Shown here piece by piece: positions 1 to 10,194 of a stretch of 64,000 nt of DNA. The notes below the pieces were generated by a model. It was not told the origin of the DNA. It worked only from the letters and a program-made list of their open reading frames with translations, and made no database searches. How positions within the stretch are numbered: the first letter of the stretch is position 1; every line of letters begins with the position of its first letter. The position numbers and the translations under genes are program-made. The DNA is from an uncultured bacterium (GTDB lineage Bacteria > Krumholzibacteriota > Krumholzibacteriia > JACNKJ01), in assembly GCA_963695095.1 (NCBI GenBank), contig CAVOFT010000001.1:256001-320000 (forward strand), written 5' to 3'.

Positions 1-211
1 CGGCGACGAGATCTACGCCATCGAGAACCGCTGCCCGCACATGGGCGCCGAGCTGGCCGAAGGCGACATCATCGACCGCAGCGTCTGCTGCCACCAGCAC
101 GGCTGGATCGTCGACCTGGAGACGGGCAAGGTGATGGATCAGGAGGAGACGGCCGTCGCCACCTTCCCCGTGCAGCTGCGCGAGGACGAGATCTGGGTGC
201 TGATCGGCTAG
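1..211 (+). CDS. Rieske (2Fe-2S) ferredoxin, 5'-truncated by the window edge
   Basis: Frame from nt 2 reads GDEIYAIENRCPHMGAELAEG...SVCCHQHGWIVDLETGK...EIWVLIG*, with the CxH and CxxH Rieske ligand motifs; TAG at 209-211. Confidence 0.85.
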   Translation, partial: GDEIYAIENRCPHMGAELAEGDIIDRSVCCHQHGWIVDLETGKVMDQEETAVATFPVQLREDEIWVLIG

Positions 212-952
212 CTGCCGGCCGCGCCCCCGCCCGTGAGCGCCGCCAGCTCGGCGGCGTAGATGTCCACGCACAGATCGAAGAGCCGCTTGCCCTTCTCGGC
301 GCTGGCCAGGGAGGGGTCGCTGTACATGCGGCCGTCGGGGAAGAGGCGGCGGAAGGCGCGCGGCCCCAGCGGCCACTCGTGAGCGGGCTTCTCGGGATCG
401 ACTGGCGCGGCGGGCGCCACGGCGCCCGGGAACAGGTGCATCGTGATGCTGATCTCGGCGGCGGTGGCGTGGTCGCCGTTGCGCTCGCCGATGAGCTCGT
501 CCTCGAGGGCCTTCACCTCGGGCCGCTCCCACCAGCTCCGCCAGTACCAGGCGAGATCCTCGCGGCGGGCGAGCAGGTCGCTGGCCGCCGCCGAGGCCGC
601 CGGCGTGTTGCCGCCGTGCCCGTTGACGAAGTAGAAGCGGCGAAAGCCGTGGCGAGCGAGCGATTCCACCACCTCGGTGAGCAGGCCGGCGAAGCCGGCC
701 GCGCTCATGCTGGCCGTGCCGGGGAAGCCCAGGTGGTGCTGGCTCATGCCGACGGCGAGCACGGGATGCACGAGCACGCCGCAGCGCTCGCCGATGGCGA
801 GCGCCATTGCGTCGGCGATCAGGTGGTCCGTGCCGATCAGCCCGTTCGGGCCGTGCTGCTCGGTGGCGCCGGTGGGAATGACGATGGCGTCCTTCCCGCG
901 CAGGTAAGCTCTCGACCTGGGACCAGGTCATCATGGCAAGGGCGAGCCGCAT
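208..952 (-). CDS. Creatininase/MftE-family amidohydrolase (one apparent +1 indel near 909)
   Basis: MRLALAMMTWSQVES / YLRGKDAIVIPTGATEQHGP...GTD...FPGT...NGHGGN...DHATAAEIS. The family motifs EQHG, NGHGGN and HA-x-x-x-E are present; the N-terminus is in another frame. Confidence 0.85.
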
Positions 953-1048
953 GGCGAGCCTCCTCTGAAATTCCGAAGGAGGCTGCGCGAATCGCATCTC
1001 CGAGGCAAGCTGAGTTTGTGCGCGTCCCGGCCGGCGCCGGCAAGCGCC

Positions 1049-1366
1049 CTAGCGGGCCAGCTCGGCCATCTTGCGCAGGTTGCGCTTCTTGCGGTGGATG
1101 CTGCGCCGCAAGCGCTTGAGCTCGCCGTGATTCCCCGCCGCCAGCGCCGTCGCGCTCTCCGCCTTGAGGACCTTGATCTTGGCCTTCAGCTCCACCTTGG
1201 CGGTGGCATCGGTGACCACCAGATGCGGGCGCTCGATGCCCAGCTTGCCGGCCATGAGCTCCACCAGGGCGTCCTTCGACAGGCCGGTGGTGCCGGCCAC
1301 GCCCTGCTCCTGGGCCATGCCGCGCAACTGGGTGACTTTCATCTTCTGCAAACCATGCCAGTCCAT
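1049..1366 (-). CDS. Small basic protein with a Rho-N-terminal-like helical domain
   Basis: LQKMKVTQLRGMAQEQGVAGTTGLSKDALVE resembles the Rho_N/HeH pattern; RBS (GAGGAGG) upstream; Lys/Arg-rich C-terminus. Confidence 0.7.
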   Translation of the reverse strand: MDWHGLQKMKVTQLRGMAQEQGVAGTTGLSKDALVELMAGKLGIERPHLVVTDATAKVELKAKIKVLKAESATALAAGNHGELKRLRRSIHRKKRNLRKMAELAR

Positions 1367-1393
1367 GGGTTCCTCCTCTTCAGAGCCGCCCCC

Positions 1394-1421
1394 AGCGTAG
1401 CGAGCGCGCCGCCCATGTCAA
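1394..1421 (-). promoter_or_regulatory. Candidate sigma70 promoter for the Rho_N-like gene
   Basis: Minus strand TTGACA (1416-1421), 16 nt spacer, TACGCT (1394-1399). Confidence 0.5.
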
Positions 1422-1430
1422 GACCCCCAC

Positions 1431-1459
1431 TTGCGGTCCGGCGCGTGGATTGCTAGGAT
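1431..1459 (+). promoter_or_regulatory. Candidate sigma70 promoter for the czc operon
   Basis: TTGCGG (1431-1436), 17 nt spacer, TAGGAT (1454-1459) with an extended -10 TG. Confidence 0.45.
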
Positions 1460-1496
1460 TCTCGGGTCCCGGCGCCCGGCGCCGGGCGCCCAAACC

Positions 1497-1844
1497 ATGC
1501 CGAACACACTGCGCAGCCGCCCGCTCGCCCTCGCCGCCCTCCTGCTCCTGCTGGCGGCGGTCTCCGTCGATCTGTGTCGCCACGGGGTGGAGATTCCGAG
1601 CGGCGCCGCGGCGCGGGCTGTCGTCAGCGGCGGGGATTGCGGCGAGGGCTGTGATCCAGCCGCCGGGAGCGACGACGAGTCCCACTGCCACGCCTGCCTC
1701 TGCGCCTGCCATGCCCTGGGCGTCCTGACCCCGGCCGGCGGGGAGCGGCTCGCGTCCGCCGCGGGTTCACTGGTCGCCGCGCCCGTCGCCCGGCATGCCG
1801 CCGGCTTCCGCTCGACCCCCGAGCAGCCTCCCCAGTCCGCCTGA
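1497..1844 (+). CDS. CzcI/DUF2946-like exported Cys/His-rich leader protein
   Basis: Hydrophobic N-terminus, HCHACLCACH metal motif and a Pro-rich end (TPEQPPQSA), directly upstream of czcC. Confidence 0.65.
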   Translation: MPNTLRSRPLALAALLLLLAAVSVDLCRHGVEIPSGAAARAVVSGGDCGEGCDPAAGSDDESHCHACLCACHALGVLTPAGGERLASAAGSLVAAPVARHAAGFRSTPEQPPQSA

Positions 1845-1918
1845 TCGTTTCGCCGTCCTGAAGGCCGGGCTCTCCATGCGGAGAGCTGCACGATCCATTG
1901 CGGACAAAGGGGTTGGTC

Positions 1919-3157
1919 ATGGCTTCGTCCACCGCGCGCAGGCCGCGCGCCTTCCTTCTCGCGCTTTGCCTCCTGCTTGCGGCGCCCAGCGCGCGCGGCG
2001 AGGCGGGGCCGACGCTGAGCTGGCCGGATCTGCTCGCCCATCTCGATGAGCAGCCTGAGCTGCTCGCGGCCCAGGCCGATCGCGCGGCCGCGGCGGGCGC
2101 GCTGCGCGCTCTCGGTCTTCCCAATCCCGAGCTGGAACTCGCGCGCGGTCGCGCCGAGGCCATCGGGGCCGAGGCCGGCGAGAGCGCGGACACCTGGGAA
2201 GTCAGCCTGAGCCTGCCCCTGCGTCCCTGGGGACCCTGGCGGCACGAGCGCGCCGCGGCCCGAGCGGAACGCAAAGCCGCCGGCCACGATCTGCAAGGCG
2301 TGCGGCGAGACCTGGAGCGCCTGCTCGCCGCGCGCTTCTGGCAGGTGGCCCACGACCAGCGCCTGCGGCTCGTCCTCGCGGAACGGCATGCGCAGCTCTC
2401 CCGCCTCGTGGAGATCGCTCGCCTGCGCGCCGAGCTGGGCGAGGCCCGCCCCACCGAGCCCCTCCGCCTGGAGATCGAACTCGAGCTACTGGCCGCGGAC
2501 ATCCGCGTGGTGGAGGCCGCCGCCGCGCTCGCGCGCCTAGCCCTGGGCCGCCGGCTCGGCCTCGATCCGCCCGGAGACTTCAGTGTTGCCGCGGACTGGG
2601 ACAGCCTGCCGGCCCTTGCCGCCGGTGCCACGCTCGGCGGGCAGCCGGTTCTGGCCGCCGCCGCCGCTCGCAGCGAAAGCGCCGAGGCTGCGCTCGCCGC
2701 CGCCCGCGCCGACCGCTGGCCGGGGCTCAAGATCGGCGGCTTCCGCGCACGCGAGCTCGACGCCGAGAGCGAGGGCCTCGTCCTGGCCCTCGAACTGCCG
2801 CTCCTCGACCGCCGTGGCGGCGCCGTGGATCGCGCCCGGGCGGAGGCGGCGGCCGCCCGCCATCGTCGCCAGGCGCTGGCACAGGACCTGGCCGATACGC
2901 TGGCGGACGCCGAGGCCCGCCTGCAACTCGCCCACGCCCGCGTCCTGAGCCTGCGCGACGAGATCCTGCCGCGCGCGACCCGGTCGCTGGCCGCGCTCGA
3001 GGAGGAGTATCGCGTGGGCGAGGCCGGCCTCATCGAACTCCTCGACGCGCGCCGCGCGCGCTCGAGCACCGAATCGGAGCTGCTGGCCGCCCAGCTCGAC
3101 CTTCACCTGGCCCTTGCCGATCTCAAGGCCCTCGCCCCGGGAGACGACCATGATTAG
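1919..3157 (+). CDS. czcC: TolC-family outer-membrane efflux protein (CzcC-like)
   Basis: Signal peptide, PNPELEL motif, LELPLLDRRGG, YRVGEAGLIELLDARR; first gene of a CBA triad. Confidence 0.85.
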   Translation: MASSTARRPRAFLLALCLLLAAPSARGEAGPTLSWPDLLAHLDEQPELLAAQADRAAAAGALRALGLPNPELELARGRAEAIGAEAGESADTWEVSLSLPLRPWGPWRHERAAARAERKAAGHDLQGVRRDLERLLAARFWQVAHDQRLRLVLAERHAQLSRLVEIARLRAELGEARPTEPLRLEIELELLAADIRVVEAAAALARLALGRRLGLDPPGDFSVAADWDSLPALAAGATLGGQPVLAAAAARSESAEAALAAARADRWPGLKIGGFRARELDAESEGLVLALELPLLDRRGGAVDRARAEAAAARHRRQALAQDLADTLADAEARLQLAHARVLSLRDEILPRATRSLAALEEEYRVGEAGLIELLDARRARSSTESELLAAQLDLHLALADLKALAPGDDHD

Positions 3158-4523
3158 CGCAATCCTCTCCAGCCGCGCCGCTCTGGCGCCGTCCTTTTTG
3201 ATGCTCATCGCCCTGGCGGCCTGCGAGCCCTCCGGGGCCGGCAGCGGGGGGGGCGAGGCCCAGCCCTCCGCTCGAGCCGCGGAGCCGGTCGAGGACGGCC
3301 ACGACCACGGCGCCGACGAGGCGCACGATCACGGCGCCGAGGAGGGTTCCGACCTCGATCGCCCCATCGCCGAGCTCTTCGCGGCCCGTTGCGAGCACGA
3401 CATGGCCGCGCATCAGTGCGCCGAATGCCGCTACGAGGTCGGCGTGGCGCGGGTGCCGGCCAGCCTCCTCGCCGAGGGACTGATCGCCACGGCGATTGCG
3501 CGCGCGCAGGGGCTGCCCGAAGTGATCGAATTGCCCGGCGAGATCCGCTTCGACGAGCACCGCATCGCGCACCTGACGCCGCAGGTAACCGGCATCGTCG
3601 CCCGGGTGCACGTGGACCTGGGCAGCCGGGTGGCGGCGGGCGACTTGCTGCTCGAGCTGGAGAGCGCCGAGCTGGCCGCGGCCCAGGCCGACTACCTGGG
3701 GGCCCTGGCCGAAGAATCCCTGGCGGCGAAGGCAGGCGAGCGCCTGGCAACCTTGCGCGCGGCGAAGATCGCGAGCGAACGCGAGGCCCTGGAGACCGAG
3801 CAGCGCCTGGCCAGCGCCCGCATCAGGAGTGCCGCGAGCCGGCAGCGCCTGTCGACCCTGGGGCTGGCCGCCGATGAGATCGCGGCCCTGGCCGCGGGCG
3901 GCGCCGCCCGCGCGGATGGCCGCCTCGCCCTGCGCGCGCCCTTCGCGGGCGAGATCCTCGGCCTGCACGCCGTGCGCGGCGAGCAGGTGGAGACTGGCCG
4001 CGAGCTGGCCCTGCTCGGCGACACGGCGCGGCTCTGGGTCTGGGTGGACGTCTACGAGGCGCAACTCGCGCGGATCGAGACGCTCCACCGCGAAGGCTCC
4101 CTCGCGGTGGGCGTGCGGGTTGCCGCCTACCCGGAGCGGGAATTCGCCGGGCGCCTCGATCTGATCGGCCGCACGATGGACGAGGCGACACGCACGGTGA
4201 AGTCGCGCATCCTGCTCGAGAACCCGGAGGCCCTGCTGCGCCCCGGCATGTTCGCGAAGGTGCAGCTGTTCCTGCCAGGCGACCAGAGCGTCCTGGCCGT
4301 GCCCGCCGAAGCCCTGCTCGCCGACGAGGGACGGGAGTTCGTCTTCGTGCACCACGAGGGCGAGTACTTCGTGCGCCGCGCCGTGCAGGCCGGGCGCCGC
4401 TGGACGGGCAGCGTGGAGATCCTGGCGGGCCTCGCGGAAGGCCAGACCGTGGCCGCCACCGGCGCCTTCCTCCTCAAATCCGACGTCCTGCGCTCCAAGA
4501 TGGGCGCGGGCTGCGCGGATTAG
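3150..4523 (+). CDS. czcB: RND periplasmic adaptor (CzcB-like) with a His-rich N-terminus
   Basis: Lipoprotein-like LAAC, GHDHGADEAHDHG, CEH..HQC.EC, LRAPFAGEI, TRTVKSRI..ENPEALLRPGMF. Confidence 0.9.
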   Translation: MISAILSSRAALAPSFLMLIALAACEPSGAGSGGGEAQPSARAAEPVEDGHDHGADEAHDHGAEEGSDLDRPIAELFAARCEHDMAAHQCAECRYEVGVARVPASLLAEGLIATAIARAQGLPEVIELPGEIRFDEHRIAHLTPQVTGIVARVHVDLGSRVAAGDLLLELESAELAAAQADYLGALAEESLAAKAGERLATLRAAKIASEREALETEQRLASARIRSAASRQRLSTLGLAADEIAALAAGGAARADGRLALRAPFAGEILGLHAVRGEQVETGRELALLGDTARLWVWVDVYEAQLARIETLHREGSLAVGVRVAAYPEREFAGRLDLIGRTMDEATRTVKSRILLENPEALLRPGMFAKVQLFLPGDQSVLAVPAEALLADEGREFVFVHHEGEYFVRRAVQAGRRWTGSVEILAGLAEGQTVAATGAFLLKSDVLRSKMGAGCAD

Positions 4524-4531
4524 GGGGCGCA

Positions 4532-7500
4532 ATGGACTTCACGAAATGGCTCCTGCGCAACCGGTTCCTCGTCTTGATCGCGACGGGGGTGCTCGTCGTC
4601 GGCGGCGGGCTGGCCTGGATGAGCCTGCCGATCGACGCCTTCCCCGACGTCACCAATACCCAGGTGATGATCCTCAGCCAGGCGCCCGGCCTCGCCGCCG
4701 TCGACGTCGAACAGCGGGTCAGCTACCCGATCGAGCAGGTGATGCGCGGCCTGCCGCGGGTGACGCAGGTGCGTTCGCTCTCCAAGGCGGGGCTGTCGCA
4801 GGTCGTCATCATCTTCGAGGACGGCGTCGACACCTACTGGACGCGGCAGGTCGTCTTCGAGCGGCTGGCGCTGGCGCGCGAGCAGCTCCCCCCCGGCGTG
4901 GAGCCCGAGCTCGGGCCCATCGAGCACGGGCCTCGGCGAGATCTACCAGTACACGCTCGAGGGCGACGGCCTGAGCGCCATGGAGCTGCGCACGATGCAG
5001 GATTGGCTGGTCGCGCCGCAGCTCAAGCCCATCCCGGGCGTGAACGAGGTCAACAGCTTCGGCGGCGAGGTCAAGCAGTACCAGGTGCTGGTCGCGCCCG
5101 AGAAGCTGCTCAAGTACGGCCTGACGGTGAACGAGGTCGTCGACGCGGTGGAGGCGAACAACGCCAATGCCGGCGGCGGCGTGGTCGTGCAGAACTGGGA
5201 GCAGGTCTACCTGCGCGGCGTCGGCCTGCTCGGCGACATTCCCGACATCGAGCGCATCGTGCTCAAGGCCAAGGACGGCTCGCCGGTCCACCTGCGCGAC
5301 GTCGCCGAGGTCGTCATCGGCGCCGAGCCACGGCAGGGCGCGGTCACGCGCGACGGCAAGGGCGAGGTCGTCGCGGGCATGATCATCATGCTCAAGGGCG
5401 AGAACGCGCAGGACGTGGTCCACCGCGTCAAGGAGGCCGTCGAGAGGATCCAGACCTCCTTGCCCGCCGGCGCGCGCATCAACGTGTTCTACGACCGCAC
5501 CTCGCTGATCGAGGCCTGCATCGACACGGTCATGCACGCGCTGCTCGAGGGCGGCGTGCTCGTCATCCTGGTGCTGTTTCTCTTTCTGGCCGAGCTGCGG
5601 ACGGCCCTCATCGTGGTGTTCTCCCTGCCGCTCACCTTCCTCGTCAGCTTCATCGTGATGGGGCAGGTCGGCCTCTCGTCCAACCTGATGAGCCTGGGCG
5701 GCCTCGCCTTCTCCGTCGGCATGGTGGTGGACGCTTCGATCGTCGTGGTCGAGAACGTCCGGCGCCATCTCGCGCAGCGCCGGGCGCAGGAACACCGGCG
5801 GCAGATCGTCGCCGAGGCCATCGCCGAGGTGGCGCGGCCCGTGGCCTTCTCGGTCATCATCATCGCCATCATCCTCGTGCCCCTGTTCACCCTGCAGGGG
5901 ATCGAAGGCAAGATGTTCGCCCCCCTGGCGCTGACCATGCTGATCGCGCTGCTGGTCTCGCTGGTCGTTGCCCTCACCGTCGTCCCGGTGCTCGCGGAGA
6001 TGCTGCTCAAGCAGGCCCCGGAGCGCGAGTTCGGCTTCATCCGCCGCTTCCACGCGGGCTATCTGAAGCTGCTGGAGCGCGCCGTCCGCCGGCCGGGCAT
6101 CACGCTGGGCATCTCGCTGGCCGTCCTTGCCGGCGCGGGGGCGCTCGTCCCCTTGGTCGGCACGGAGTTCATGCCGCCGCTCGACGAGGGCTCCATCGCC
6201 GTCAACGTCGTGCGGCTGCCGAACGCCTCCCTCGACGGATCGGTGCGCGTGGCGGAGTTCATCGAGAAGCGCCTCCTGGCCTTTCCCGAGGTGGACACCG
6301 TCGTCAGCAAGACGGGGCGCGCCGAGATCTCTGAAGACCCGATGGGCCCCGAGCAGACGGACGTCTTCATCATGCTGAAGCCGAGGAAGGCCTGGGGCAC
6401 CGGGCGCGACAAGGGCGAGCTGGTCGAAGCCATCCAGGCAGACCTGGCCGCCATCCCGGGCCTGCGCTACTCCTTCTCGCAGCCGATCGCCCTGCGCGTC
6501 AACGAGCTGATCTCGGGCGTGAAGAGCGACCTCGCCGTGAAGGTCTTCGGGCCCGACCTGGCGGTGCTCAAGGACTTCGCGGACCGCGCGGCGGCGGCCA
6601 TGGGTGGCGTCGCCGGCGCCGAGGACGTGAAGGTCGAGCAGGTCTCGGGCATGAACCAGCTCGACGTCGTCATCGACCGCGAGGCGCTGGCCCGGCACGG
6701 CCTCAGCATCGCCGACGTGAACGCCACGATCGAGACGGCCATCGCCGGCAAGGCCGTGACGCGCCTCATCGAGGACCAGATGCGCTTCGCCGTGGTGGTG
6801 CGCTTCCCGGCCGGCGATCGCAGCGACGTCGCAGGCCTCCAGCGCTTGCTCGTCCTGGCCCCCGCCGGCGAGCGGGTGCCGCTCGGGCAGCTCGCTGATT
6901 TCCAGATCGTGGAGGCCCCCGCTCAGGTCAGCCGCGAGAACGGCGTCCGCCGAGTGGTCGCCGAGGTCAACGTGCGGGGCCGCGATCTCGGCGGCTTCGT
7001 CGCGGAGGTCCAGACCGCCCTGGCGCCCCTCATCGGCGGCCTGCCCACCGGCTACTACGTCGAGTACGGCGGCCAGTTCGAGAACCAGCAGCGGGCGATG
7101 CGCCAGCTCGCCATCGTCGTGCCGATCGCCCTGCTCCTCATCCTCGTGCTGCTCTTCATGGCGCTGGGCTCGGTGTGGAATGCACTGCTCGTCCTGCTCA
7201 ATCTGCCCTTTGCGCTCGTCGGCGGAGTGCTGGCCGTGATCGCCTTCCGCATGGCGCTCTCCGTGTCGGCGGCCGTGGCGTTCATCGTGCTGCTCGGCAT
7301 CGCCGTCCAGAACGGCGTCGTGCTGGTGGCCTTCTTCCGCCAGCTCCGCGAGCAGGGGGAGTCCGTGTTCGACACGGTGATGAAGGGCTGTGAGGTTCGC
7401 TTTCGACCGCTCTTCATGACGGCGCTGGTCAGCTTCATCGGCCACCTGCCGATGCTCTATGCCACCGGCTCGGGCGCGGACATCCAGAAACCGCTGGCGG

Positions 7501-7613
7501 TGGTGGTGATGGGTGGGCTGATCACGTCCACCCTGCTTACCCTGCTGGTGTTGCCCTCCCTGTATCATCTGCTCGCCAATCGCTTCGCGCGCCGGGTGGC
7601 GGGAATGCCCTGA
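4532..7613 (+). CDS. czcA: CusA/CzcA heavy-metal RND permease (+1 indel at ~4922)
   Basis: LPIDAFPDVTN, GPI[S]TGLGEIYQY restored by removing one G, GMVVDASIVVVEN, EFMPPLDEG, RFRPLFMTA. Confidence 0.93.
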
Positions 7614-7696
7614 ACGGGCCTCGGAGGTCCTGACGTCCTCGATGATTGCGGCACGCGGCTTGCTTTGTCCAAGAATTGAAGAAAGGAGCCCATCCG

Positions 7697-8065
7697 ATGC
7701 GAATCCCAGGACCCCCGCGCGCCTGGACGGGGCTCGCGCTGGCCTTGCTGCTCGTTGGCCTGCCTGCCGTCGCGCAGGAAGAGGCGAGCGGGGGGGCCAA
7801 TGCGGGGAGCGTCGAGGCGGGCGAGACCGCGGACGAAGCTGCCGCCAAGCCCGCGATCCACGGCAAGCACGGGCGTCGCGCCGAGCGACTCGGCCGGCTA
7901 ATCGAGGGCTTCAAGGCCGACCGGCGCGCGATCTACGAGGAGTACGGATTCCCCTCCTATCGCCACCTGGAGCTGGATTTCAACATCCGCACGGAGCACT
8001 GGTACTACCTGAGCGAGAACGTGGAGTTCGTCTTCGTCGGCGACCACCTCGTCAGCCGGCAGTAG
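7697..8065 (+). CDS. Secreted hypothetical protein (probable paralogue of 56423-56770)
   Basis: RBS GAAAGGAG, signal peptide ending AVA-Q, C-terminal EEYGFPSYR...EHWYY...EFVF. Confidence 0.7.
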   Translation: MRIPGPPRAWTGLALALLLVGLPAVAQEEASGGANAGSVEAGETADEAAAKPAIHGKHGRRAERLGRLIEGFKADRRAIYEEYGFPSYRHLELDFNIRTEHWYYLSENVEFVFVGDHLVSRQ

Positions 8066-8125
8066 CCGCGCCCGTCCCGCCGGCCGCACTCCTCCCCGCC
8101 GGCTCCCCAGCGCCCACGGGGCCGT

Positions 8126-8154
8126 TTGACGCCCGCCCGCGGCCCGGCTATGCT
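8126..8154 (+). promoter_or_regulatory. Candidate sigma70 promoter for the elbB operon
   Basis: TTGACG (8126-8131), 17 nt spacer, TATGCT (8149-8154). Confidence 0.6.
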
Positions 8155-8179
8155 GGGAGGACAACGCGGGAGGTGCAGC

Positions 8180-8845
8180 ATGGCCAAGGTGGGGGTCGTC
8201 CTTTCGGGCTGCGGCGTCTTCGATGGCAGCGAGATCTACGAGACTGTCGCCACCCTGCTCGCCCTCGACCGGGCCGGCGCGCAGGTGGTGGTGGCCGCCC
8301 CGGACCTTGACTTCGACGTCGTGGACCACTACACGGGCAAGGCCACGGGCGAGCGGCGCAACGTGCTGGTCGAGTCCGCGCGCATCGTGCGCGGCAAGAT
8401 CCAGCCCCTTTCGGAGCTGGGCGCCGGCGAGATCGACGCGCTCATCCTGCCGGGCGGCTTCGGCGCGGCCAAGAACCTCTCCAACTTCGCCAGCCAGGGC
8501 GCCCACGCGGCGGCCATTCCCGAAGTCGCGCGCATCCTGCGCGAGATGCACAGGGCCGGCAAGCCGATCGGGGCCATCTGCATTGCGCCGGCCGTGCTGG
8601 CGGCGGCTTTCGAGGAGGAGAAGCTGGCTCCGGCCCTCACCATCGGCAACGACAAGGGCACGGCGGCGGCCCTCGAGGCCAAGGGCGCCAAGCACGTGGC
8701 CTGCCCGGTGCGCGAGTTCGTCGTCGACGAGAAGAACAGGATCGTGACGACGCCGGCCTACATGCTCGCCGAGCGCGTGAGCGAGGCCGCCGAGGGCATC
8801 GAGAAGCTGGTGGCCGCGGTGCTGCGCCTGGCCGGACAGCGATGA
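8180..8845 (+). CDS. elbB: Glyoxalase ElbB (DJ-1/PfpI superfamily)
   Basis: VVLSGCGVFDGSEIYE, RNVLVESARIVRG, PGGFGAAKNL, GAICIAP, TTPAYM. Confidence 0.92.
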   Translation: MAKVGVVLSGCGVFDGSEIYETVATLLALDRAGAQVVVAAPDLDFDVVDHYTGKATGERRNVLVESARIVRGKIQPLSELGAGEIDALILPGGFGAAKNLSNFASQGAHAAAIPEVARILREMHRAGKPIGAICIAPAVLAAAFEEEKLAPALTIGNDKGTAAALEAKGAKHVACPVREFVVDEKNRIVTTPAYMLAERVSEAAEGIEKLVAAVLRLAGQR

Positions 8846-9477
8846 GCCTGCACGAGGAGGAGGTCGCCGCCTACCTGCGCGGCCTCGCGCTGCAGGACGA
8901 GGACGCGCTGCTGGCCGAGATGCACGGCCTGGCGCTGGAGCGCAGCTTTCCCATCGTCGGCCCCGAGGTGGGCCGCTTCCTCGGCCAGCTCGTGCGCTTG
9001 CTCGGCGCGCGGCGCATCTTCGAGCTGGGCTCGGGATTCGGCTACAGCGCCCTCTGGTTCGGCCGCGCCCTGCCCGAGGACGGCGAGCTCTTCTGCACGG
9101 ACGGCGACGCGGCCAACCTGGAACTCGCCCGGGGCTTCCATGGGCGCGCCGGCATCGCCGGCCTCGTGACCTACCTGCACGGCCATGCCCAGGACCTGCT
9201 CCAGGTCACGCCCGGGCTTTTCGACATCATCTTCTGCGACGTGGACAAGGAGCAGTACCCGGATATCCCCGATCTCCTGCGCGAGCACCTGCGCGTGGGC
9301 GGGGCGCTGGTCATCGACAACCTGCTCTGGGACGGCCGCGTGGCCGATCCCGAGGACGAGGAGCCGAGCACGGTGGGCGTGCGCGCCTTCACGCGGCGGA
9401 TGTGGGCGCATCCGGACTACTTCTGCAGCCTGCTGCCGGTCCGCGACGGCTTGGGACTCTGTCTGCGCCTGCGCTAG
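8842..9477 (+). CDS. SAM-dependent O-methyltransferase (Methyltransf_3-like)
   Basis: RIFELGSGFGYSALW, FDIIFCDVDKEQY, DNLLWDG, LLPVRDGL; ATGA overlap with elbB. Confidence 0.88.
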   Translation: MSLHEEEVAAYLRGLALQDEDALLAEMHGLALERSFPIVGPEVGRFLGQLVRLLGARRIFELGSGFGYSALWFGRALPEDGELFCTDGDAANLELARGFHGRAGIAGLVTYLHGHAQDLLQVTPGLFDIIFCDVDKEQYPDIPDLLREHLRVGGALVIDNLLWDGRVADPEDEEPSTVGVRAFTRRMWAHPDYFCSLLPVRDGLGLCLRLR

Positions 9478-9496
9478 CGGGCGGAAGGGGGTGGGG

Positions 9497-10180
9497 ATGC
9501 GCATCGCCATGGCGCTCCTGCTGGTGCTGGGACTCGCGCTGCCGGCCGCCGCCAACGGCGTGGAGGTCGATCCCGATCGCAACTCCATCCTGCTGATGCC
9601 CACGCCCGCGACCATCGGCAAGGGGGAAGTCTACTTCCGCAGCTTCGAGCTCTTCGTCCTCAACGGCGGCTACGGCATCACCGACAAGCTCGATCTGAGC
9701 GTGGCGGGCCTCTTTCCCATCAGCGCCGACTGGAACTTCATCGCCCTGGGCCTGAAGTACCGGCTTGTCGATCGTGAGGTGCACGGCTTCGGACTGGCCC
9801 TCACCGGCAGCCACATCATCGCGCCGGACGAGCAGCGCATCTCGACCTTCGGGGGCGTGGCGGGAATTGGCAACAGCCGGCGCTCGCTGAACCTTGCGAT
9901 CGACCACGGGGTGGACGAAGACGGCGACGGCGGTGAGCGGGTGATGCTCGGCGGCGACCTTCAGCTCACGAAGCGCAGCAAGGTCTTCCTGGAGTGGGCG
10001 GACAGCCAGCTCGTCTTCTCCGGCGGTGGCGATGACGATTTCAACGGCTTCCTCACCCTCGGCTTCCGCCTCTTCGGCGAGAGCATGGCCTTCACGCTGG
10101 GCGGCCTGCGCCCCCTGATCGCCGAGGATACAGGCAGCTTCATCGCCCTACCGCTGGTCATGTTCAGCGCGCACTGGTAA
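9497..10180 (+). CDS. Putative outer-membrane beta-barrel protein
   Basis: Signal peptide (AAA-N), PTPATIGKGE, YGITDKLDLS, alternating hydrophobic strands, terminal Trp. Confidence 0.6.
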   Translation: MRIAMALLLVLGLALPAAANGVEVDPDRNSILLMPTPATIGKGEVYFRSFELFVLNGGYGITDKLDLSVAGLFPISADWNFIALGLKYRLVDREVHGFGLALTGSHIIAPDEQRISTFGGVAGIGNSRRSLNLAIDHGVDEDGDGGERVMLGGDLQLTKRSKVFLEWADSQLVFSGGGDDDFNGFLTLGFRLFGESMAFTLGGLRPLIAEDTGSFIALPLVMFSAHW

Positions 10181-10194
10181 GGCGCGCGCAAGCC

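Noticed and set aside
4915..4930. Programmed ribosomal frameshift in czcA or other genes
   Set aside because: No slippery heptamer is evident, and indels are scattered over many unrelated genes.
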